DNA of 64,000 nucleotides from an uncultured Bacilli bacterium (GTDB lineage Bacteria; Bacillota_I; Bacilli_A; RF39; UBA660): NCBI GenBank assembly GCA_944358675.1, contig CALVRN010000003.1, positions 3,163 to 67,162 of the forward strand, read 5' to 3'. Shown piece by piece: positions 57,432 to 64,000 of this stretch (position 1 is its first letter; each line of letters starts with the position of its first letter). The notes under the pieces were generated by a model. It saw only the letters and a program-made list of their open reading frames with translations, ran no database searches and was not told where the DNA came from. The position numbers and the translations under genes were made by a program.

Positions 57432-57941
57432 TTATTTTAAAAAATAATTATTTTCCTTTTCGTACTTTAATGTTGTAGATGGTCCATGTCCTGGATATAC
57501 TTTAGTGTTGTCAGGATATTTTTTTATTTTGTTAATACTTTTTTTCATTTCATTTATATTTCCTCCAACCATATCGGTTCTACCTATAGTGTCTTTGAAA
57601 AGAAAATCACCTGTAAACATTTCATTTTCTTCTTTGAAATAATAAGTAACACTATCTTTTGTATGCCCTTTGGTATAAATTATTTCAAAGCTAAATGGGC
57701 CAAAATTATATTTTTTTTCTTTGATGTCTTTTAAAATTAATTTAGAATCAAAACAGTTTAATGCACCTATATGGTCAGGGTGGTAATGGGTAATTAAAAT
57801 TTTAATTATTTGTTTATCTTTTATTATTGAAGCAATTTTATCATAATCAGCTCCGGGGTCAATAATAATGATTTTATTATCTTTTTCTAAAATGTAACAG
57901 TTTGCTTCTAAATAACCGACTGGAATAGTTGTTATTTTCAT
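57432..57941 (-). CDS. MBL-fold metallo-hydrolase
   Basis: 169 aa. ILITHYHPDHIG H-x-H-x-D-H motif. Confidence 0.75.
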   Translation of the reverse strand: MKITTIPVGYLEANCYILEKDNKIIIIDPGADYDKIASIIKDKQIIKILITHYHPDHIGALNCFDSKLILKDIKEKKYNFGPFSFEIIYTKGHTKDSVTYYFKEENEMFTGDFLFKDTIGRTDMVGGNINEMKKSINKIKKYPDNTKVYPGHGPSTTLKYEKENNYFLK

Positions 57942-58150
57942 TTTAGTTTTCTAAAGGTATTAAAGCTATCTTTTAATTTTCCACTACCTAGAATTTCTCT
58001 ATTAACTTGAGGATTAATTTTTTCTGAGTTTATTTCATTCAATGGTTTTACATTATTAAATTTTTCTTTAATTTCTTTTGGATCTTGATTAAACCCTCTT
58101 TTCATCATTCCTTTTAAAATATTGTTTTTGTTATTTTCATTTATTATCAT
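57938..58150 (-). CDS. small hypothetical protein
   Basis: 70 aa, Lys/Asn-rich. Overlaps the MBL gene by 4 nt. Confidence 0.35.
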   Translation of the reverse strand: MIINENNKNNILKGMMKRGFNQDPKEIKEKFNNVKPLNEINSEKINPQVNREILGSGKLKDSFNTFRKLK

Positions 58151-58163
58151 AACAATTTCCTTT

Positions 58164-58781
58164 CTAACAATGGCCTGTTTCTATATAGTTTTTGATGGGT
58201 CCGTATGTTTTTCTATATCCATCTATTAACCCATATTTATTAATGGCTTCCAAATGCTTTTTTGTAGGGTATCCTTTATGGTTTTTAAAACCATATTCTG
58301 GATATTTCTCATCTATTTCATATAATATTTTATCTCTAGTTACTTTGGCTATTACACTGGCTGCGGCAATAGACATACTTTTGGCATCACCTTTTATGAT
58401 TGGTAAGATGGGAATATCCATTTCTATTGGCATCGCATCTGATAAAACATATTCTAATGGTATTTGCTTTTGAACTTGCTTTATTGCTATAATCATAGCT
58501 TTTCTACTCGCTTCATAAATATTTATTTTATCTATTTCTTCAGGAGAAACTATACCAATGCCATAAATAGCATTTTCTACAATATAATCATAAAAAATAT
58601 TTCTTTTTTTTTCACTTAATTTTTTAGAATCATTTAGACCTTCTAATTGAAATCCTTTTGGTAAGACTACACAAGCTGCGACAACCGGTCCGTATAGTGG
58701 TCCTCTTCCTGCTTCATCGGTACCACCGATGATATTTACTCCTTTAATATGTAGCTGTTTTTCATATTGCCATAAATCCAT
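58164..58781 (-). CDS. rnhB: ribonuclease HII
   Basis: 205 aa. IIGGTDEAGRGPLYGPVVAACVVL N-terminal catalytic motif. Confidence 0.9.
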   Translation of the reverse strand: MDLWQYEKQLHIKGVNIIGGTDEAGRGPLYGPVVAACVVLPKGFQLEGLNDSKKLSEKKRNIFYDYIVENAIYGIGIVSPEEIDKINIYEASRKAMIIAIKQVQKQIPLEYVLSDAMPIEMDIPILPIIKGDAKSMSIAAASVIAKVTRDKILYEIDEKYPEYGFKNHKGYPTKKHLEAINKYGLIDGYRKTYGPIKNYIETGHC

Positions 58782-58859
58782 GTTTTTACCTACTTTCGTA
58801 TATGATTATAACACATATTTATTTTAAATATCAGTCAATAATAGAAATTTTTTAACAAT

Positions 58860-58897
58860 ATCTTTGGCTTTTCCAATATCTTTGGCTTTTCCAATAT
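58860..58897. repeat. 18-bp direct tandem repeat (atctttggcttttccaat, 2.3 copies) between the HAD gene and rnhB
   Basis: Read directly: unit 58860-58877, unit 58878-58895, then a partial atcta. Confidence 0.8.
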
Positions 58898-58906
58898 CTA
58901 GTACCA

Positions 58907-59503
58907 TTACATTTTTTTTATATAATATTTGCCTTTTTCCAATAAGTTCATTTTGGTTAATTTATATATCATGATTTTTTGAAGTTTTTGAGCCATGCCT
59001 GTTTGTATATTGTTTTCTTCAGATAATTGATCAACTAGTATTGATTTAATTCCATACTTTTTAGCACCAACAATGTCTGATAATATTTGATCACCTATAG
59101 CAACAGTATTTTCTTTTTTAGAATCTAATATTTTTAATGCTTTATCATAGGCTTCTTTTTGGGGTTTGCCGGCATCCGCTAACATTTTAACATCTAATAT
59201 TTTTGAAATTGGTTGAGCTCTTTCTACATGGTTATTAGAAAAAATTAATAATTTAAAGTTTTTGGTTTTTAAATTTTCAAATAAATTAATTGTTTCTTGG
59301 GGAACATTTAAGTCATCTACTTTAGTAATAGTATTATCAATATCAAATAGAATTGTATCTATTTTTTGTTTCATTAATAAGTCATAGTCTATATCATAAA
59401 TGCTTGCATAATAACTATCTGGGATGATAAATTTTATTTCTTTTTTAAAGCCTAACATTACTTTAAAAAAGGTAATTAACATTAGTCTGTGTTTTTTTGC
59501 CAT
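58907..59503 (-). CDS. HAD-superfamily phosphatase, YqeG-like (HAD-IIIA)
   Basis: 198 aa. ILFDIDNTIT motif I, LLIFSNN, GDQILSDI motif IV. Confidence 0.75.
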   Translation of the reverse strand: MAKKHRLMLITFFKVMLGFKKEIKFIIPDSYYASIYDIDYDLLMKQKIDTILFDIDNTITKVDDLNVPQETINLFENLKTKNFKLLIFSNNHVERAQPISKILDVKMLADAGKPQKEAYDKALKILDSKKENTVAIGDQILSDIVGAKKYGIKSILVDQLSEENNIQTGMAQKLQKIMIYKLTKMNLLEKGKYYIKKM

Positions 59504-59530
59504 AATAATTAAAAATAATCACCGAAGTGA

Positions 59531-59983
59531 CTATTTTGTTTCCTTTTCTAATTTAGTAATAACATTTTTAGAAACTTCGATTACTTTTTTCTTGATAGCG
59601 TTTGCTGATTTTTCAATAACTGGAGTTCCTTTTTCAATTGCATAATTAACCAATTCTTCGGCAGCATCTTGCAATTTTTTTGCTTGTTTTTTGGCTGTTG
59701 ATAGAACAGTTTCTTTGTCTAATTCAGCTAATCCTTCTTTTATTTCAGCAATTTTTGTTTCAACAGTTTCTCTAACATCATCCATATCGATATTTTTTGC
59801 TTTAATAACAAAATCATCAAGCATTCTTTTTAAATCTTCTCTTGTCTCTGAACCTTTTTTAGGAGCAAATAATAATCCTAAAGCAGCTCCCACACCGGCT
59901 CCTACGACAAATTTTCCAATACCTTTATTCTTCTTTGTCATTTTCTTTTTCCTTCTTTCTATTAAATATTTTACCAATGGCAT
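59531..59983 (-). CDS. YtxH-like general stress protein
   Basis: 150 aa. GKFVVGAGVGAALGLLFAPKKG YtxH signature, then a long amphipathic helix. Confidence 0.65.
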   Translation of the reverse strand: MPLVKYLIERRKKKMTKKNKGIGKFVVGAGVGAALGLLFAPKKGSETREDLKRMLDDFVIKAKNIDMDDVRETVETKIAEIKEGLAELDKETVLSTAKKQAKKLQDAAEELVNYAIEKGTPVIEKSANAIKKKVIEVSKNVITKLEKETK

Positions 59984-60218
59984 TAGACAGAAACCCTATA
60001 ATGGTGTCAGAAAATCCAACAACGGCATCAGTTGTGTTATCTATTATAGAAAATAAGCCGTTTAATTTTCTTGATTTTTGACTAACATCATCTACTAATT
60101 TATCAACTTTATCTAATGTTTTGATAGCATTGATAACTAAAATGATTAAGGCAATTACTAATACAATTAATAATATGTAAAATAATACGGATAATACATC
60201 AGCAAAACTAATTATCAT
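59925..60218 (-). CDS. DUF948 (YtxG-like) membrane protein
   Basis: 97 aa. N-terminal TM plus coiled coil. Paired with the ytxH-like gene as in Bacillus ytxG-ytxH. Confidence 0.55.
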   Translation of the reverse strand: MIISFADVLSVLFYILLIVLVIALIILVINAIKTLDKVDKLVDDVSQKSRKLNGLFSIIDNTTDAVVGFSDTIIGFLSNAIGKIFNRKKEKENDKEE

Positions 60219-61042
60219 TATTTATTCCCCTTTTCATACATTGAATCTATTAAACTAAATAGTTCTTTATCGCTTATTTTTCTTGGTTCTTTTTTTGTTT
60301 TTTCTTCAGGTTCAACAGGTTTGTCCATTTCCTCTTCTAGAAGATCAGTTAAGTCATCTTCTTCAACTACTCCATGTCTTGGTTTTTCACCGATGGTACT
60401 AGCATTAAAACTGAAATCATCTTCTTTTATTTTACTTATTTTTTCTTCATTAGATTCTGTTTTATTTATAATATCTTCTTGTTTGTCCTCTTCTTTATCA
60501 TTAAATAATACTCTATTACCACCAAATAATGTTGTTTCAATGTCGGCTTCTAATCCACCATAAGCTTTATTTCTAATTGCATCAACATTAGCCTCTTTTG
60601 AGCTATAGTATGAAGAACGGCCATCATGTTTTGTTGTTAAATCTTCTCTTTGATATCCTTTGTCTAGTATTCCATATACTGGTGATATAATTGGTGATGG
60701 TCTAAATACTCTCTTTTCTTCTTTTGGTGGATTATAAACTTCTTTTCTATGTGATGGTGATTTTCTTTCTTCTTTTTTTTCTGGTTTAACATCGATAGAA
60801 TCAAAGTCATTATCATCAAAGAATGGAAATTTATATTCATTTTTCTTTGGTTGTTCTGGTTCAAGTTTTACCGGTTCTGGCATTGGTGATTCTTCACTTG
60901 CATATATTTCTGAACGTGATTTTTTTGGTGAAGGAATTTCGACTTGAATTACTTCTTTTTGAACTCCTTCTTTTTTTTCTGGCTTTTCTTCTACTTCTAC
61001 TTCTTCAGTAAATAAATTTTTAAACTTATCAATTAGTCCCAT
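60218..61042 (-). CDS. acidic hypothetical protein with SepF-like N-terminal amphipathic helix
   Basis: 274 aa. MGLIDKFKNLFTEE resembles the membrane-targeting N-terminus of SepF (x-K-x-K-N-F-F). No SepF core domain recognised. Glu/Lys/Pro-rich. Confidence 0.5.
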   Translation of the reverse strand: MGLIDKFKNLFTEEVEVEEKPEKKEGVQKEVIQVEIPSPKKSRSEIYASEESPMPEPVKLEPEQPKKNEYKFPFFDDNDFDSIDVKPEKKEERKSPSHRKEVYNPPKEEKRVFRPSPIISPVYGILDKGYQREDLTTKHDGRSSYYSSKEANVDAIRNKAYGGLEADIETTLFGGNRVLFNDKEEDKQEDIINKTESNEEKISKIKEDDFSFNASTIGEKPRHGVVEEDDLTDLLEEEMDKPVEPEEKTKKEPRKISDKELFSLIDSMYEKGNK

Positions 61043-61054
61043 ATGATTACACCT

Positions 61055-61663
61055 CTACTTTTCTTCATAACGTAAAAAACTATTATCGCTTTCATTATTT
61101 TTTGAGCTAAATACGTTATATTCTTCCTCTTTGTTTTTTAAAAAGTCATCTTCTAATGATAATTTTATTATATTACTATTGTATTTTATTGTCGATAAAA
61201 TGTATGAACTATTCAAAACAGTATCATTTATATCTTCCTTTGGAACCAAAGCTTCAATTCGTGCATAATTATAAACGAATTCAATTAAATATAAATTATC
61301 TTGTTTGGTAATTTCTAAATAGCCAATTTTACCATCATTATCAATTTTTCTAGAATAATACTTATTGTTATCTACTTTATATTCTACTGATTTTTTATAA
61401 TAATAACTTATTTCATCTAGATATAAATAATAGTATACTCCATTTGAATAAAGTTTATCATTAGAACCACTACTGTCGATATAAGTAACACCTCTTGGTA
61501 CATAATACTTATATCCACGCCCCACACGGTTATATAAAGTGTTTTCTTTTGATAATATTACATCCACAATATTATCAATACTAGTTGTATCAATTCTAAC
61601 AATAGTACAACCTGTTAAAATCAATGTGACCAGCGCTAAAAGAATTATTTTCTTCATATACAC
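61055..61663 (-). CDS. lipoprotein (hypothetical)
   Basis: 202 aa. Signal plus LTGC lipobox. Tyr/Asn-rich. Confidence 0.6.
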   Translation of the reverse strand: MYMKKIILLALVTLILTGCTIVRIDTTSIDNIVDVILSKENTLYNRVGRGYKYYVPRGVTYIDSSGSNDKLYSNGVYYYLYLDEISYYYKKSVEYKVDNNKYYSRKIDNDGKIGYLEITKQDNLYLIEFVYNYARIEALVPKEDINDTVLNSSYILSTIKYNSNIIKLSLEDDFLKNKEEEYNVFSSKNNESDNSFLRYEEK

Positions 61664-61739
61664 ACCTGCTTACTTTAAATTATATCAAATTTTGCTTTAT
61701 TTTACTAATAAAGCAGTTACTTTACATGTAAACTTTTGT

Positions 61740-62402
61740 CTATTTTTCTACTTCAACCATATATATTGGCATTCCGAGGGAGGTAAACCTTTTTTCATAT
61801 TCAGTTTCGACATTATCAAAATTATCTTCATGAAGGTTTAAAGATAAATTTTTTATTTTATAATCATAGTTGGTAAATGATTTTAAAGAAAATTCAAATA
61901 AATGTCTATTATCGGTTTTTTGAATAATATGTTTACTTTGTTTAAATATTTTATCATATTTCTGTAAGAATTTTTTACTAGTTAATCTTCGATCTTCATG
62001 TCTATTTTTGGGCCATGGATCAGAAAAATTTAGATAAATAGTATCTATTTCTCTATCAAAGATATTTTCTATTTCAGTCGCATCAAATCTAATTAATTTT
62101 AAATTAGGTAATTCAATGTTTTCTAGTTTTTGGGTTGCTCTTAAGATTACACTATCAAATTTTTCTATTCCAATAAAATTAATATCAGGGTATTTTTGAG
62201 CCATACCAATAATAAAATCTCCTTTCCCCATTCCAATTTCTAAATGAATGGGTTTTTTATTTTTAAAAAGTGTCTTATATTTCCCTTTATATGTTTCCGG
62301 AATTTGAATTATATAAGGAGATTTACTTATTTTTTCTTTTGCCCCTTTGATGTTTTTTAACCTCATGTTTATCACCATAAGTATTATAACATAAATGGGC
62401 AC
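61740..62402 (-). CDS. trmB: tRNA (guanine46-N7)-methyltransferase
   Basis: 220 aa. LEIGMGKGDF SAM motif, FSDPWPK motif. Confidence 0.88.
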   Translation of the reverse strand: MPIYVIILMVINMRLKNIKGAKEKISKSPYIIQIPETYKGKYKTLFKNKKPIHLEIGMGKGDFIIGMAQKYPDINFIGIEKFDSVILRATQKLENIELPNLKLIRFDATEIENIFDREIDTIYLNFSDPWPKNRHEDRRLTSKKFLQKYDKIFKQSKHIIQKTDNRHLFEFSLKSFTNYDYKIKNLSLNLHEDNFDNVETEYEKRFTSLGMPIYMVEVEK

Positions 62403-62436
62403 AAAAAATAAATAAAAGCATATAATTAATTAGAAC

Positions 62437-62748
62437 ATGAAAGGAGTCATAAATGTGAAAAAAGATCGCGATTGTGGAGGAATGGCCTATCCTGTTTATC
62501 CTCAAATGGTACCTAATTTTGGTGGTATGGTAATGCCTGGTCAAATGATACCTATGCCTAACAACAATATGGGAGTAGGAATGACTAATGTACCTTTAAC
62601 TAGTGTTCAAAGTACTATAAATAGTAATGATTTGACCAATTTAACTAATCAAGTAAACAACTTAGAACAAAGGGTAACCAGATTGGAAAATACGGTTAAT
62701 AAAACAAATTATAACAACTACAATTCTTCAAATTATCAAATGATGTAA
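62437..62748 (+). CDS. small Met/Pro/Gly-rich protein with C-terminal coiled-coil segment
   Basis: 103 aa. The start is possibly GTG 62455 (AAGGAG RBS 8 nt upstream). Low-complexity MPGQMIPMPNNNMGVGM region, then NLEQRVTRLENTV. Followed by a clear terminator. Confidence 0.5.
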   Translation: MKGVINVKKDRDCGGMAYPVYPQMVPNFGGMVMPGQMIPMPNNNMGVGMTNVPLTSVQSTINSNDLTNLTNQVNNLEQRVTRLENTVNKTNYNNYNSSNYQMM

Positions 62749-62751
62749 AAA

Positions 62752-62776
62752 GACTCGAGAGTTCTCGGGTCTTTTT
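62752..62776. terminator. bidirectional terminator gactcgaga-gt-tctcgggtc plus T5
   Basis: GC-containing hairpin between convergent genes. Confidence 0.65.
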
Positions 62777-62786
62777 GTTACAAAAA

Positions 62787-63674
62787 TTATTTTTTAGAAA
62801 TACTTTTATATATTTTATTTAAGATTTCAGTACTTTTAGCAAGTTTGGCCTCTAATTTTCTATTTTGTTCTTGTAATTTTTCATTTTCAGTACGATATCT
62901 TATGTTTTCATCTTTTAAAGTAGATAATTCATTATTAATTTCTTCTTTTTCTTTTGAAGCCTCACTACTTACTTTATCTAATTTTTCAATTTCTAGTTGC
63001 AATTTTCTTATTTTATCATCTTTTGCATCAATTTCACTTTGCATATTTTCGTATTTGTTTACAAAATTAGAAACAGCATTAGTGATATCATCAAATGATT
63101 CACTATCTTCTTCAGATTTAACTTCTACGTATTTTTCTTCTGGTTTTAATAATTCTGGTTTTTCTTCTTTAGGGGCACTTTCTAAATCTAAATCTTCCAT
63201 AACTGATGACAAATTGTCGATTTCATCTAATAAGCTTTCAGCTTCTTTTGGTGAAATTTTGACCATCTCATCAACAAACGTTGGTTCATCTGATGATTCT
63301 GATATATCTTCTTCATTGTCTATATATTTACCATAAATGTTTAATTCTGTAATTTTACTCATAATATCTTCTATACTTACGGAATATTTATTCATTAAAT
63401 TACGAATGTTTTTATCTTCAGTATAACTTTCAAAGAAGTCTTTATCATCTGGAATCAAGATATTAGCTCTAAACATTTGTTTTTCTTCTCTACCTTGTTC
63501 TCCATCACTAAAGGCGATATTCATATTATCAATTACGGCATTTATAAATTCATTTTTTTTCTCAACAGCTTCATCAAATGGCAACTTTTTGAATGATTTA
63601 AATATTTTTTTATTATCTTCTCTAATATCGTGTGCTAATTTTTTGATTGCTAAAAATCTTTCTTTCTCTAACAT
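62787..63674 (-). CDS. acidic coiled-coil hypothetical protein
   Basis: 295 aa. The C-terminal 90 aa are heptad-rich (KIRKLQLEIEKLDKV...EKLQEQNRKLEAKL). Confidence 0.5.
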   Translation of the reverse strand: MLEKERFLAIKKLAHDIREDNKKIFKSFKKLPFDEAVEKKNEFINAVIDNMNIAFSDGEQGREEKQMFRANILIPDDKDFFESYTEDKNIRNLMNKYSVSIEDIMSKITELNIYGKYIDNEEDISESSDEPTFVDEMVKISPKEAESLLDEIDNLSSVMEDLDLESAPKEEKPELLKPEEKYVEVKSEEDSESFDDITNAVSNFVNKYENMQSEIDAKDDKIRKLQLEIEKLDKVSSEASKEKEEINNELSTLKDENIRYRTENEKLQEQNRKLEAKLAKSTEILNKIYKSISKK

Positions 63675-63703
63675 ATTTCCACCTCTTTATTCTTTTATAG
63701 CCC

Positions 63704-64000
63704 TTATGCTCTGGAATCATATTTTCCATCTTTAGTTGAAATGATTACGTGTTCACCAGCACCTATAAACAATGGAACTTTAACTGTCAAACCATTTTCT
63801 AATGTTGCTTCTTTAGTAGCATTGGTTGCAGTATTACCTTTTACAGCAGGTTCAGTTTCAGTTACTTCATATTCTATTTTTTCAGGTAAATTAATACCTA
63901 AAACTTCACCTTTATAGAATGTTACTTCAACTTCTAATCCTTCTTTTAAGAATTTAGCATTATCTCCCAAATTTTCTTTGGCTAAATCTATTTGTTCATA
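63704..64000 (-). CDS. efp: elongation factor P, C-terminal part (5' end beyond window)
   Basis: ...LENGLTVKVPLFIGAGEHVIISTKDGKYDSRA matches the EF-P C-terminus. The frame stays open to position 64000 (YEQIDLAKENLGDNAKF...). The M at 63970 in the track is a TTG inside the gene. Confidence 0.8.
   Translation of the reverse strand, partial: YEQIDLAKENLGDNAKFLKEGLEVEVTFYKGEVLGINLPEKIEYEVTETEPAVKGNTATNATKEATLENGLTVKVPLFIGAGEHVIISTKDGKYDSRA

Noticed and set aside
62323-62544. 73-aa minus ORF overlapping the trmB start
   Set aside because: Overlaps the trmB 5' end and the plus-strand small gene. No RBS, improbable composition.
62845-63336. 163-aa Ser-rich plus-strand ORF
   Set aside because: Antisense to the coiled-coil gene 62787..63674. 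The Ser/Leu richness is the complement of the Glu/Lys codons.

Overview
This 64 kb window comes from a very AT-rich (about 27-30 % GC by eye), standard-genetic-code, low-GC Gram-positive-type chromosome (Bacillota/Mollicutes-like). Three T-box leaders, tight gene overlaps and strong GGAGG ribosome-binding sites fit that origin. Nearly every gene is on the minus strand.

Left end (1-30.7 kb), mostly housekeeping:
- An arginine deiminase operon: arcA-arcB-arcC plus a YfcC/ArcD-like permease that runs off the window edge.
- rpsD with a long leader, and a tandem-HTH XRE regulator.
- A frameshifted Rpn-family PD-(D/E)XK nuclease/transposase-like gene.
- A T-box-controlled deoC-tyrS pair, and a T-box-controlled small membrane protein plus leuS.
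- A BI-1/YccA membrane protein, a GH31 glycosidase and a divergent pyruvate kinase.
- A Cys-less PTS-EIIB-like protein.
- An 873-aa protein with a type IV prepilin N-terminus and five 88-aa tandem repeats.
- ftsW/rodA, yceD-rpmF, and the operon lepA - unknown - hemW - HD - thyA - folA - tmk.

Centre (30.7-53.1 kb): an accessory island of about 22 kb between lepA and valS, which I consider the most interesting part. Its contents:
- Four tandem modules of an archaeal/ER-type (SipW-like) signal peptidase homolog followed by an overlapping gene for a small secreted protein with a SipW/TasA/camelysin-type signal peptide. Two of the four peptidase homologs have lost the catalytic Ser/His.
- Two paralogous 330-340 aa major-subunit candidates, one of them bracketed by its own consensus promoter and terminator.
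- A 2379-aa beta-solenoid protein built from about 30 Gly-rich 20-22 aa repeats.
- A membrane-anchored McrB-like AAA+ (AAA_5) NTPase with a McrC-position partner, in the same operon as a sipW gene.
- Several cytoplasmic coiled-coil proteins of unknown function.
- A separately transcribed bona fide type IV pilin.

Right end (53.1-64 kb): a T-box leader in front of an HD-domain gene and valS, then an MBL-fold hydrolase, rnhB, a YqeG-like HAD phosphatase, ytxG/ytxH-like genes, a lipoprotein, trmB, a small Met/Pro/Gly-rich protein and a partial efp.

I did not see rRNA, tRNA, CRISPR, or an integrase/IS apart from the Rpn-like pseudogene.
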